Shown: in pieces, positions 47,724 to 57,711 of the stretch
Layout: each line of letters starts with the position of its first letter
Numbering within the stretch: position 1 is the first letter of the stretch
Source of the DNA: Candidatus Eiseniibacteriota bacterium
GTDB lineage: Bacteria > Eisenbacteria > RBG-16-71-46
Reading direction: 5' to 3'
Length of the DNA stretch: 64,000 bases
Assembly (NCBI GenBank): GCA_963717935.1
Contig: CAVQXP010000004.1
Coordinates: 416,001 to 480,000 of the forward strand
The notes under the pieces: generated by a model
Told to the model about the DNA's origin: nothing
Seen by the model: only the letters and a program-made list of their open reading frames with translations
Databases searched by the model: none
Made by a program: the position numbers and the translations under genes

Positions 47724-49056
47724 CTAGTGGTAGAACGCCAGCCCGGCCCCGAGTTCGAGGCCGCGCTCGCGCGAGAGGTTGCGGCTGTGGCTGGCGACGG
47801 CGAGGTCCACGCCGATGGCGCCGAGGCGCACTCCCGTGCCCGCGGTGTACTGGAGCAGCTCGTTCGCGTCCAGGTACGCGCCGGCCCGCACGGCGAGGGC
47901 CTTGTTCAGCCAGGTCTCGGCGCCCAGGTGCCCGGTCGTCACGTTGACGCCGCGCACCACGTCGCCCGCGACCAGGAAGCGCCCGAGATGCACCGCGGCG
48001 TTCGCCACCGCGGTCGTGGGCACCTTGCTCGTCAGGGGCACGTCGCGCGCGATCACCTGCTGCACGTAGTCGCCCGTGACGGGGTCGTCGTAGGCGATGG
48101 TCTCGCGCACGCGCCAGTCGAAGGTGCGTGCCGATGTCGTTGACGCCCAGGCCGACCTCGGCGCCCCCGGCCATCCAGACCGCGCCCAGGTCGAGGCCGC
48201 GGCCGAAGCCGCCCGCCCTCGGGGCCGGTCGTCGTAGAAGTGGCCGAGGTAGTTGACGTCCACCGGGTCGAGGGCGAAGAGCGTGTCGGCCGTGGTGAAC
48301 GCCACCGAGTTGTCCGCGCTCGCCGTAGGCGAGGCCGCGCATCAGCTTCACGCGCGCGCCGGCGTAGAGCCCCATGCCCTTGCCGCGCGGGTCGCCCGCC
48401 TGCACGCAGCGGGCCGGCCCAGCCGAGGTGCACGCCCGACAGCGGCCTGGCCGTAGCCCCGGTCGAGCATCTCGTAGCGTGGTGTTCGGGCGGAACTCCT
48501 CGCCGTCGATGGCGTCCCGCAGCGCGTCGTTGAAGGAGAGTTCGTTCTCGTAGTGGACGAGCGGCGCGGCGGCGAGGAAGAAGCGCCTGACGCCGAAGCC
48601 CAGCGCCGGACCGTTGGCGACCGCGCCGATGCCGGCTCTGCTCTTCGGGGAAGACGGTCCTCACGTCGCCCAGGTCCACGGCGAGGTGGTCCTTGCCGAT
48701 CGTGATCGTGATGTCGTTGCCGGGCGTCGGCGGGCGAGCGAGCTGCAGGTTCCAGGGCGGGTTGTAGAGCAGGTTCGCCAGCTCGTAGACGTTGAAGTCG
48801 GGCTCGTCGGGATCGAGCTCGGGCGGGTCCGCCAGGAGCGGGATGAGGCCGATCGGCAGCGGCAGGGTCCAGCCGGAATCGGGGCTCGCTGGGCACGGCC
48901 CGGTAGGCCACGTTGGCGCCGCGAACTGCCCGCGCCACCACCGGCCAGAATCACACCACCCATGGCCATGCGCCTTGCACTGAAGGTCTGGGCACCGGCC
49001 AGTCGTCCGCCCGCCACGAGGACGAGCAGGGACAACATCAAGATGCGCTGAAGCAT
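47724..49056 (-). pseudogene. Outer-membrane beta-barrel (FadL/PorV/TraF-like) split by many frameshifts
   Basis: AAGGAG RBS; signal peptide; ARRMAMGG motif; GFGRGLDLG; GAE..LAVRAG; ends GAGLAFYH; at least seven frame changes. Confidence 0.65.
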
Positions 49057-49200
49057 GTGGTTAGGCTCCTTGAAGGTGTGTCCCCGGGGCCCGTCAGCGG
49101 CATGCTGACCGCTGCCGATGAGGCGCAAGGACCGCGCCAGCCGGGAGCCGGGCGCCCGCGCGGAGCACCCCCGGCCGCGCCCGGCCACTTCCCGTCGAGC

Positions 49201-49707
49201 TCAGTGGCGTCCGAAGTAGTCCTTCAGCGCCTGGCGGTGCGCGGCGAACGCGATCGCGCGCGGAAGCCGGGCACGCGGGAACCATTCCGCCTCCAGCGCG
49301 TCGTCGCCCGGGCGCAGCCGCCCGCCCTCGCGCTCCGCGGTGTAGAGGATGAGCACGGCGCGGGCGCGCGGATCGTCCAGGCCGGCGTAGACACCGAAGA
49401 GACCCGTGAGCCGGACCACGAGCCCGGTCTCCTCTTCGACTTCGCGCACCGCGCAGTGCTCCGGGGTCTCGCCGTACTCCATGAAGCCCGCCGGCAGACA
49501 CCACGCGCCCACGCGCGGCGCGTACTTGCGCTTCACCAGGAGCACCTCGCCCCTGCGCTCGAGGATCACGCCCGCCGCAGGCACCGGGTTGCGGTAGTGG
49601 ACCCAGCCGCAGAGCGGGCAGACCGGACGCGCGTGGCCGTGGTCGTCGAGCTTCTCGAGCGGCGTGGCGCAGCGCGGGCAGTAGCGGAACGGCAGCCGTT
49701 TCGGCAT
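49201..49707 (-). CDS. NUDIX hydrolase with N-terminal zinc ribbon
   Basis: CPRC..CPLC..YRNP; Nudix box GFMEYGETPEHCAVREVEEETG. Confidence 0.93.
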   Translation of the reverse strand: MPKRLPFRYCPRCATPLEKLDDHGHARPVCPLCGWVHYRNPVPAAGVILERRGEVLLVKRKYAPRVGAWCLPAGFMEYGETPEHCAVREVEEETGLVVRLTGLFGVYAGLDDPRARAVLILYTAEREGGRLRPGDDALEAEWFPRARLPRAIAFAAHRQALKDYFGRH

Positions 49708-49911
49708 GGGAGGACGACAGTACGCGCGGCTCCACGCGCCACGCAAACGAAGAAGACCCGGCCGATGGTCTGGCCGGGTCTCCCCTGCGCAACCGGGGCA
49801 GGACGTCGCGCTGCACCTTCCCGCTCGATCAGACACCCCTGTCGGACACCTTCTCGATGACGCGGGTCGGATCGATCGTCCTTACCGTTCGCGCTTGCTC
49901 TTCGACGCCGG

Positions 49912-50999
49912 CTACTCGCCTTCGTCATCCTCCCGCTCTTCGTCGAGCCGCTGCCGCAGCTCTTCCATCTGCTGCTTCAACTGGTCCAGCTCGTGTCGCA
50001 GATCGCCGCGGTCCGTCTTCCGCAGGATGATCCGCTTCTGGGCCCCGGGGCGGTCTTCGAGTTCGTCTCCGAAGAACCGGATGCGCGACGGCTCGGGCTT
50101 CTCGAGTTCCGCCTCGACGGTGCGCAGCGCGCCGTGGCGCACGACCCGCAGCGCGACCTTGCCTTCCTTACCCCGCAGGGCGTCCACCAGGTCCGTCCCG
50201 TTCGCCACGGCCTCCTCGCCCACCCGGGTGATGACATCTCCCGCCTCGAGGCCGGCCCGCTCGGCCGGAGAGTCCTTGATGACCTCCAGCACCAGCACGC
50301 CCTTGCCGTCCTTGAGGCCGAAGTAGCCGCCCAGTCCGGGGCTCAGCGATTCGATGCGCACGCCCAGACGTCCGCGGGGGGCGGAGCCGAGGAAGGCCAT
50401 GGCGCCCTGCGGCAGGTCGAGTTCCTTCAGGCCCTTGAGCCCTTGAGGTCCTTGAGGCCCTTGAGGCCCTTGAGGTCCCGGATGACGATCCGCTTCGCCT
50501 GCCGCTGTCCATCCGGCGACGGACGGGCATGCCAGGCCGGGGGCTCGGGCGCCTCGAGCGCCTCGGGGGTTTCCGGGGCCTCCGGGGGCTCCGGCCTCTC
50601 CACCCGGTACCTCGCCTCGTCCGGGCGGGCGTCCAGCCACACCGAGACGATGCGGCGCTCGCCGTCGCGGAACGCCTCGACCGACACGCTCTGGCCCACG
50701 CGGGCGGCGCGGACAATGCCTCGCAGCTCCTCGGGCGAATCCACCGTGCGCGAGTTGACGCGCACGATCACGTCGCCCTTGCGCAGGCCCGCCCGGGCCG
50801 CGGGGCCGTCCGGAACGACGCGGCTCAGGATCACGCCTCCGTCGCCCCGGTAGTCCATCCCGTCGCGGAGCTCGGGCGTGAGCTCCTGCATGTACACTCC
50901 CAGCCAGGGCGTCTGCCCGGCGGCGGCGCGGGCATGATTCACGCCCGTGAGGCCGGTGACGAGCAGCAACCCTGCGATGAGCGCGGCGTTCTTTCGCAT
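49912..50999 (-). CDS. Secreted two-PDZ-domain protein; one frameshift near 50440
   Basis: AGGAGG RBS; signal peptide; PWLGV..GPAARAGLRKGDVI and GRLGV..SPAERAGLEAGDVI; C-terminal coiled coil; no protease domain. Confidence 0.8.
50424..50476 (-). repeat. 9-nt tandem repeat encoding LKG/LKD/LKE (6 units, one is 8 nt)
   Basis: Minus strand CTCAAGGGC CTCAAGGGC CTCAAGGAC CTCAAGGG CTCAAGGGC CTGAAGGAA. Confidence 0.85.
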
Positions 51000-51127
51000 G
51001 ACTTTCCTCCTGTGCTAGCGTCCCACGTGGGATCAGCCGGGCGACGGCTGTCACCGTGTCTGACACGGCGTTCCGTCACTCCGTTCCGGGAACCCTCCCA
51101 CCGCGGACTTTTGCGCATCCCAACGCC

Positions 51128-52561
51128 ATGAAAGTCAACGACCTGTTAGGACTCGACATCGCGGATGTCGCACTGGGCGGCAAGGCCCTGGCGCGGCACG
51201 AGGGGCGCGCCGTGTTCGTGGACCGCGGCCTGCCCGGCGACCGCGTGCTGGCGCGGGTGACGCGGGTCAAGCGCGCGTGGGCGGAAGCACGACTCGAGCG
51301 CGTCGAGTCTTCGACGGCGCTGCGCGTGGATGCCGGGTGCCCGCATTTCGTCTCGGGCGTCTGCGGTGGCTGCCGCTTCCAGGACCTGCGCTACGACGAG
51401 CAACTCGCTCTCAAGGAGCGCCAGGTGCGCGAGACCCTCGTGCACCTGGGCGGCATCCAGGAGCCGCTCGTGCGGCCCATCCGCCCCGCACCCGACACGA
51501 GCGGCTACCGCAACAAGATGGAATTCAGCTTCTCCCCTGCGGCCGACGGCGACGCCGTGCTCGGCCTGCACGAGCGCGGCACCTTCGAGGGCGTGTTCGC
51601 GCTCGAGACCTGCATCCTGCCCGGCGCGCTGACGCTCGAGATCGTGCATCTGACCCAGCGCTTCGCACGCGAGCGGCACTGGCGCGCCTACCACCCACGG
51701 CGCCATGACGGAGTGGTGCGCTACCTCACCGTGCGGCACCTGCCGCACACCGGGCAGTGCGGCGTGCACCTGGTGGCCGCGTCGGAGGACGTGCCCGGGC
51801 TCGCGGAATGGGCACGGGCCGTGGCCGCGCTCTCGAACGAGGTGCGTACCGTGACGCTGCTCCTCAACCGCTCGCGCTCCAACGTGGCGTTCGGCGAAGA
51901 GGAGCGCGCGCTGAGCGGTGACGGCGTGATCGTCGAACGGCTGCTCGGGCTCGAGTTCGAGGCCACCGCCAGCACCTTCCTGCAGACCAACAGCCGCCAG
52001 GCCGAGGCGCTCTACGCGGCCGCCATCGAAGCCGCCGCGCTCCAGCCGCACGAGGCCGTGCTCGACCTGTACTGCGGCACCGGCACGCTCACGCTGCTCA
52101 TGGCGCGCGTCGCCGGCTTCGCCGTGGGCGTCGAGTCGGTGGGCGACGCGAGCGAGCGGGCGCGCCGCAACGCCGCGAAGAACGGCATCGGCAACGCACA
52201 CTTCTTCACCGGCGAGGCTCGCCCCCTGCTGCGCGAGTGGGCCCGCGGAGAGCGCCCCGCGCCGTGGCCCGCGGAGAGCGCGGCGTCCCGCCCGTCACCC
52301 GCCGCGGGCGCCCGCGGCACGCCCGGGCCGCACGTCGTGGTCGTGGACCCGCCGCGCGCCGGGCTCCACCCGCGCGTCGTGTTCCGCATCGCCGAGCTGG
52401 CGCCCGAGCGGATCGTCTACGTCTCCTGCAACCCCGCCACGCTCGCGCGCGACCTCAAGGACTTCGCCGGGTACGGCTGGCGCCTGGCCGAGGTCGCGCC
52501 GTTCGACATGTTCCCGCACACGCCCCACATCGAGTGCGTGGCGCGGCTGGCGAGGGGATAG
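51128..52561 (+). CDS. rlmD: 23S rRNA (uracil-5)-methyltransferase RlmD family
   Basis: TRAM domain; C..CGGC; YRNK; FLQTN; DLYCGTG; DPPRAG; VSCNPATLARD; DMFPHTPHIE. Confidence 0.93.
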   Translation: MKVNDLLGLDIADVALGGKALARHEGRAVFVDRGLPGDRVLARVTRVKRAWAEARLERVESSTALRVDAGCPHFVSGVCGGCRFQDLRYDEQLALKERQVRETLVHLGGIQEPLVRPIRPAPDTSGYRNKMEFSFSPAADGDAVLGLHERGTFEGVFALETCILPGALTLEIVHLTQRFARERHWRAYHPRRHDGVVRYLTVRHLPHTGQCGVHLVAASEDVPGLAEWARAVAALSNEVRTVTLLLNRSRSNVAFGEEERALSGDGVIVERLLGLEFEATASTFLQTNSRQAEALYAAAIEAAALQPHEAVLDLYCGTGTLTLLMARVAGFAVGVESVGDASERARRNAAKNGIGNAHFFTGEARPLLREWARGERPAPWPAESAASRPSPAAGARGTPGPHVVVVDPPRAGLHPRVVFRIAELAPERIVYVSCNPATLARDLKDFAGYGWRLAEVAPFDMFPHTPHIECVARLARG

Positions 52562-52676
52562 GCACGCCCGACGCCCGCACGACCCACCGGCCCCGGGCGG
52601 GCCATCGCCACGCGGGCCCCCGGCGCGCCGCCGCGCATCCCCCGATCCAGCCACGGGAACGCGCCCGGCCTTCGCC

Positions 52677-52976
52677 TCAGCCCAGCTTCGACTCCACGCT
52701 GCGGACCTTGTCCTCGAGCGTCTGGTCGCGGTCGGTGCGGGTGCCGACCTGGAGCGTCGTCGTGACGCGCGGCGCGCCCATCTCATGCAGTGTCTCGTGG
52801 CAGCGCCTGAGCGCGGCGAAGACCACGTCCCACTCGCCCTCGACGTTCGTGCCGTTGGCGTGCAGCTGCGGGCGCAGGCCGGCCTCGCCGAGGATCCGCT
52901 CGCACGCGGCGACGTAGGCGGAAAGCGACACGCCGACGCCCAGCGGCACCACCGTGAGACCCGCCAGGACCTTCAT
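52677..52976 (-). CDS. MTH1187 family thiamine-binding protein
   Basis: VVPLG..SLSAYVA..HANGTNVEGEWD..RTDRDQTLEDKV. Confidence 0.9.
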   Translation of the reverse strand: MKVLAGLTVVPLGVGVSLSAYVAACERILGEAGLRPQLHANGTNVEGEWDVVFAALRRCHETLHEMGAPRVTTTLQVGTRTDRDQTLEDKVRSVESKLG

Positions 52977-52993
52977 GGCCCCTCCGCTCCGCG

Positions 52994-55156
52994 CTACCGC
53001 AGCCGCACCAGCCGCTGCGAGAACACCCGGCCCTCGGCCGACAACCGCACGAAATAGAGCCCTGCGGGCGCCGATCCGCGCCCCGTGCGCCCGTCCCACG
53101 TCGCCGCGTGACGGCCCGCGGGGAACACCCCGTCCGCCAGCACCGCGACCTCGCGGCCCTGCAGATCGAGGACGCTGAGCCGCGCGCGGGCCGCGCGCGG
53201 AAGGACGAAGCCGATCTGACCCGTGCCCCGCATCGGGCTGGGCCGCACCGGCTCGAGCGCCAGCGCCTCGAACGACCCGTCCCCGACGTCGGTCGAGGGC
53301 TCGAACGTCGCCGTCACCGACTCGTTCGCGTACATCGTCAACGTGATCGGGTTCGCGCTGTCCGTCGTGTCGCCGCTCCAGCCCGTGAAGGAGTAGCCGG
53401 CCTCCGGCCACGCCTGCAGCGTCACCGTGCTGCCGTGCTGGTACTCGGCCAGATCCGGGTCCTTGTCCACCGAACCGTTCCCCACCACCGTCACATCCAG
53501 CGTGTAGGTCCGCACGTCGGCGGTGAGGTCGAGGATGATGTTCCCGCCCACTTCCTGGATGTTCGTGGCCGCGACCAGGCCGTCGCAGGAGTTGTACGTG
53601 TAGTAGGAGCTGGTGTTCGGAACGGTGCCGGGCGTGAACGACGCGACGCCGGTCGCGCTCGAGTAGAAGTCCGTCCAGCCACTGTTGCCGCCCAGCTCGA
53701 GCTGATAGAGCCCGTCGGCCTGCTCCACCGAGATCCCGTACCACTTCTCGCCGTTCGAGGGGTTGGCGGGCAGCGTGTCGCAGTCGCAGTTCTTCTGGCC
53801 GCTGTAGACGCCACCGCTCACGCATTCGGCCTCGTTCGGCCGCCAGAAGGAGCGCGCCAGGACGTTCTCGTCCACGTGGTAGATGCACAGGCCGTGGGCC
53901 TTCAGGCCCATGCGCGAGAACCCCGCGTCAAAACCGATCTGCTGGCGGTTCTCGAACAGCCAGTACTCCATCCCGTCCGAGCCGGGATGGACGACCTTGT
54001 AGATCGCCCCGGGACCGGTGGTCTCGCTGGGCGGGATCGTGATGCCGGTCGTCAGCGTCGTCACGACGATCGGCGTGACGAAGTCCAGGTAGGCCATCCC
54101 CCAGGCGCTGGGCTGGGCGGGCGAGTTGCCGGCGCAGTCCGGGTAGATGTTGGGCGTCCGGTTCCAGCTGCCACCCGCCATGAGGCTGATGTAGCCGGTG
54201 CCCGTGGATTCATAGCCGTAGTCGTACTCGTCGGGGAGCCCGAGCACGTGGCCGAATTCGTGGGCATAGACACCGACCGTGGGCAGCAGCGGCCCCGTGA
54301 CCGCGCCGCCCTCCTCCCCCAGGGTGTTTCCGCCCGCCTCCGGCTCCATCGAGTAGCTCGCGATGCGGACCCCGTCCGCGTAGAGCGGCGGCGGAACGGT
54401 GCCGTAGCCGTCGTTGTCGGTGATGCTCCAGGCGTGCGACCAGATGAGAGCCGGGCCACCGCTCCATTCCGCACCGGAACCGGCGTGCACGACGAAGAGG
54501 TTCCGCACCACGCCACCGACCGCGTACTGGGAGAAGTCCACATAAGGATCCGCCGCCAGCACCGCATCCATGACCAGGCGCTGGACGTTGCGGGGGTAGG
54601 GACCGAAGCCGTTGTCGTGCGTGCCGTCGGGTTCGCAGTAGTAGGTGTAGCCGTTCGGCGCGGTCAGCCAGCCCGTGGCGCTCGGCAGGTCGAGCGTCAC
54701 GATGTCCACGGCGCCCTGGGAGATCGAATTGTAGAAGTGCTTCAGCGTGTGCGTCGTGGTCGTGTCGACCCCGCCGCGGATGTAGTTGTCGCGGAACAGC
54801 ATGCTGTCCCAGATCGTGGAGCGGAACCTCGTCGTGGGCCCGCCCGGCGGGTCATCCGTGAACTCCACCAGCAGGACGATCGCCTTCACGTCGGTGGAGG
54901 TGAGTGCGGCGGGGCGCTCGAGCCGGTTGATGCGGACGTTCGTCCGGTCGGCGAAGCGGGCCTCCGCGCTGGAGCGTGGCACCTGCCGGCCGGCCGCCTG
55001 GTACGACTGGACGAGGTCCGGATCGAGCGGCATGAAGTCCGGCGCGAGGCCGGGGACGCCCGGCGTGGACGCCGGCTGCGCGAGCGCGTGGCCCGGGCTT
55101 GCGATCGCAAGCAGGAGGCCGAGGAGCAGGAGCAAAGCGACGGGGCTGGTCTTCAT
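52994..55156 (-). CDS. M6 (immune inhibitor A) metalloprotease with InlB-B-like repeat and FlgD-Ig/T9SS-type CTD
   Basis: Signal peptide; VHAG.G.E, IWSH, HEFGHVLGLPDEYD, LMAGGSWN, ENRQ; GYSFTGWSGD repeat; CTD LDLQGREVAVL..WDGR..GLYFVRL. Confidence 0.92.
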   Translation of the reverse strand: MKTSPVALLLLLGLLLAIASPGHALAQPASTPGVPGLAPDFMPLDPDLVQSYQAAGRQVPRSSAEARFADRTNVRINRLERPAALTSTDVKAIVLLVEFTDDPPGGPTTRFRSTIWDSMLFRDNYIRGGVDTTTTHTLKHFYNSISQGAVDIVTLDLPSATGWLTAPNGYTYYCEPDGTHDNGFGPYPRNVQRLVMDAVLAADPYVDFSQYAVGGVVRNLFVVHAGSGAEWSGGPALIWSHAWSITDNDGYGTVPPPLYADGVRIASYSMEPEAGGNTLGEEGGAVTGPLLPTVGVYAHEFGHVLGLPDEYDYGYESTGTGYISLMAGGSWNRTPNIYPDCAGNSPAQPSAWGMAYLDFVTPIVVTTLTTGITIPPSETTGPGAIYKVVHPGSDGMEYWLFENRQQIGFDAGFSRMGLKAHGLCIYHVDENVLARSFWRPNEAECVSGGVYSGQKNCDCDTLPANPSNGEKWYGISVEQADGLYQLELGGNSGWTDFYSSATGVASFTPGTVPNTSSYYTYNSCDGLVAATNIQEVGGNIILDLTADVRTYTLDVTVVGNGSVDKDPDLAEYQHGSTVTLQAWPEAGYSFTGWSGDTTDSANPITLTMYANESVTATFEPSTDVGDGSFEALALEPVRPSPMRGTGQIGFVLPRAARARLSVLDLQGREVAVLADGVFPAGRHAATWDGRTGRGSAPAGLYFVRLSAEGRVFSQRLVRLR

Positions 55157-55276
55157 CGGTTGCCTGCCTTCATGGAGCGAGGGTGCCGGGGGCGACGGGT
55201 GAATCCGTGACTCCTGATTGTCCCGCTTTGGGCGGCTGGGTTCAAATCCGGCGGCTGGGTGAATGCGCTCAGCCGC

Positions 55277-55783
55277 TCAGGCCGCCCCCGACCCGGCCAG
55301 CGGCACGCGCACGATGATCCGGCCCCCCACGCGCGCGATCAGCGCGGAGAACGAGTCGCGCGAGGCCCGGCGCAGCGGCAGCACCTTCCCCCCCGCCGGC
55401 GTCACGTCCACGAACAGCGCCTCGGTCGTGTCCGCGGGCACGTCGAAGCACACGGTCAGGTCCGCACGGCCGTCGCCGTCCAGGTCGACCTCTTCCGTGA
55501 CCCGGGCGGGGAGCGCTCCGGCCGGGTCCCACGCGAGCTGCACGAACGCCGCAGGGCGGGCCAGCAGCGCCCGCGAGCGGACCGGCCGGTTCACGGTGAT
55601 GCGGTAGCCGTCCCGCTCGATGATCCGGGCGGTCTCGCCCCCCGAGTAGACCGGGTCCACCTCGATGCCGGTGGCGGCGACGCCCTGGGTGAAGAACGGG
55701 AAGAGCACGAAGGGCATCACCAGCATGGCCACGACCGTCAGGATCGCGCCCGCGTACCCGAGGACGGTCTTCAGGTTCTGCAT
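55277..55783 (-). CDS. Hypothetical membrane-anchored protein
   Basis: GGAGG RBS; N-terminal TM; DLDGDGRAD Ca-binding-like loop. Confidence 0.7.
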   Translation of the reverse strand: MQNLKTVLGYAGAILTVVAMLVMPFVLFPFFTQGVAATGIEVDPVYSGGETARIIERDGYRITVNRPVRSRALLARPAAFVQLAWDPAGALPARVTEEVDLDGDGRADLTVCFDVPADTTEALFVDVTPAGGKVLPLRRASRDSFSALIARVGGRIIVRVPLAGSGAA

Positions 55784-55793
55784 GGTGCCTCCC

Positions 55794-56966
55794 TCAGCGC
55801 GCGAGTTGGAGCAGCTTCGTCAGCGTGCCGGCGATGATGCTGCCGCCGAACAGGGTGGCGAAGGCCCACGCGGGGAACAGGTAGAGCAGCCGGGCCGTCT
55901 CCGGCGAGGCCGTGAGCGGCGTGCCCTTGATGTGCCAGCGCACGGCGCCCCGCGTGCATGCATCCACACAGGCGCCGCACTTCATGCAGGACATGCCCGC
56001 CCGGCCCTTCGCGAGCGATGTCTCGTCCAGCACCAAGGTGGGGCACGCGCGCCGGCAGGTGACGCAGTCGGCGCACTTCGCCGGGTCCATGCGCACCTCG
56101 AACACGCTGAGCTTGTTGGAGAGCGCCTGGAAGGGGCCGAACGGGCAGAAGAAGGCGCACTGCGTGCGCAGCTTCGTCAGGAACGGGAGCACCAGCACCA
56201 GCCCGATGAACAGCGAGCCGAAGATGCCGGCCTGGAGCACGGTCTGCGCCGAGCGCACCTCGGGGAACTCGGTGACCGCCTTGAAGGGGCAGAGCCAGGA
56301 ACAGTAGACCGCTTCGTAGGTCGCGGCCGAGAGCAGCACCACGGCCGCGAGCACCGCCCAGGGCGCCCAGCGCCAGCGCAGGTCCACCTTCCGGATGCGC
56401 GCCTTCTTCGCCAGCGCGGCGCAGCCCTCCTCGATGCCGCCGAAGAAACAGCCGTAGGCGCACCAGCCCTTGCCCAGCACCAGCGTGGCCGAGAGCCACA
56501 GGGCGATCATGGGCGCCACCGCGTACGGGTTCGAGGCCGTCGGCAGGATCGAGCCCGGGAAGATGAGCGTCTTCGTGAGCGCCGCGGGCACGATCATCAT
56601 CGGGATCGCAAGGAAGCAGAACGGCGTGTCTCCGCCGATCATGCGCTCGATCGGGATCGACATGGAGCCGCGCAGGGCGATGAGATCCCAGATGAACCCG
56701 ACCGGGAAGAGCACGCCGAGCGTGACGAAGAAGATGCGCCGCCAGCGGTGGGTCTCCCTCGTCCGCATCATCAGGAAGAAGAGCCCGGTCATGAAGAGGA
56801 AGGTCAGCAGCGCCGCCAGCTTCGGGGCCGCTCCGGGCAGGTGGAGCGAGCGCGAGAACATGAGCAGTCCCCACAGCGCGACGGGCAGCGTGAGCAGCAG
56901 GGACCGGCCGGCCGAACGGCCCGCGGCCCCCGGCGCGACGGCGTCAGGAATGGTCGTGCCAGGCAT
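55794..56966 (-). CDS. Membrane 4Fe-4S binding protein (NapH/MauN-like)
   Basis: TM helices; WCAYGC, CSWLCP and CAFFCP motifs; ferredoxin motifs CADCVTCRRACP and CMKCGACVDAC. Confidence 0.88.
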   Translation of the reverse strand: MPGTTIPDAVAPGAAGRSAGRSLLLTLPVALWGLLMFSRSLHLPGAAPKLAALLTFLFMTGLFFLMMRTRETHRWRRIFFVTLGVLFPVGFIWDLIALRGSMSIPIERMIGGDTPFCFLAIPMMIVPAALTKTLIFPGSILPTASNPYAVAPMIALWLSATLVLGKGWCAYGCFFGGIEEGCAALAKKARIRKVDLRWRWAPWAVLAAVVLLSAATYEAVYCSWLCPFKAVTEFPEVRSAQTVLQAGIFGSLFIGLVLVLPFLTKLRTQCAFFCPFGPFQALSNKLSVFEVRMDPAKCADCVTCRRACPTLVLDETSLAKGRAGMSCMKCGACVDACTRGAVRWHIKGTPLTASPETARLLYLFPAWAFATLFGGSIIAGTLTKLLQLAR

Positions 56967-57618
56967 GGAGGAGCGCTCCTCCCAGGGCGATGACCCCGAG
57001 GTACCCATAGTACGCGGCGACCAGGGCAGTCGTGAAGCGGGCGACGACCCGGAGGCCGGTGAGGCGCCGCGCGGCGCTCACGCCCAGGAAGGGCAGGAAC
57101 CAGACCAGCGTGCCTGCGAAGAAGAGCAGGAAGAACTCCAGCGCGCCGGGCAGGCTGTGCCGCTGCGCGGCCCGCACCCCCGCCACCAGGAACGGCGGAC
57201 ACAGATTGAGACCCGTGAGGAGCCCGAGCGCGGCGGGGCCAAGTGCGCGGAAGCGGACCGCCCGGGCGCGCCCGCGCCCGGCGGAGAGCTCGCCCGGGCA
57301 GGCCCCCGGGTGCGGTCGCAAGGTCGAGAAGGCGTACCACGCGAGGGCCGCGGCGAGCGCGAGATGGACGGCGCCGAAGAGCACGGTGGTCGGCCCGGCG
57401 GGCAGCGGCAGCGCAAGGCCGAGCGCCCACGCCGCGATCGCGAACCCCAGGTAGCCGGCGAGCCGCCCTGCCAGGAACTGGCCGAGCAGCACGCCGGTGC
57501 CGCGCAGTCCCGCGCCTTCGGACACGAGCCAGGGCAGCAGCACCGGGCCGCAGGCAGCCAGGCACAGGAGGCCGGACGAGAAGCCGAGCAGGGCAGGTTC
57601 CGCGAGGGATCCCATCAC
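56944..57618 (-). CDS. DsbD_2/UreH-like membrane protein
   Basis: About 6 TM segments with CLAACGP and GLNLCPP cysteine motifs and GRL.GY. Confidence 0.78.
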   Translation of the reverse strand: MMGSLAEPALLGFSSGLLCLAACGPVLLPWLVSEGAGLRGTGVLLGQFLAGRLAGYLGFAIAAWALGLALPLPAGPTTVLFGAVHLALAAALAWYAFSTLRPHPGACPGELSAGRGRARAVRFRALGPAALGLLTGLNLCPPFLVAGVRAAQRHSLPGALEFFLLFFAGTLVWFLPFLGVSAARRLTGLRVVARFTTALVAAYYGYLGVIALGGALLHAWHDHS

Positions 57619-57711
57619 GCCGCGCAGGGTAGGCCCGGGGGCGGCCCCGGACCAAGGGGCGCCGGGCGGGGCGGGGCGGATCTCGCGCCGGTTATGCTAC
57701 TATTTCCCGTC

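Noticed and set aside
50424..50476. Phase variation by repeat slippage
   Set aside because: The unit is 9 nt, so unit changes keep the frame. The break is a one-base loss, more likely an error.
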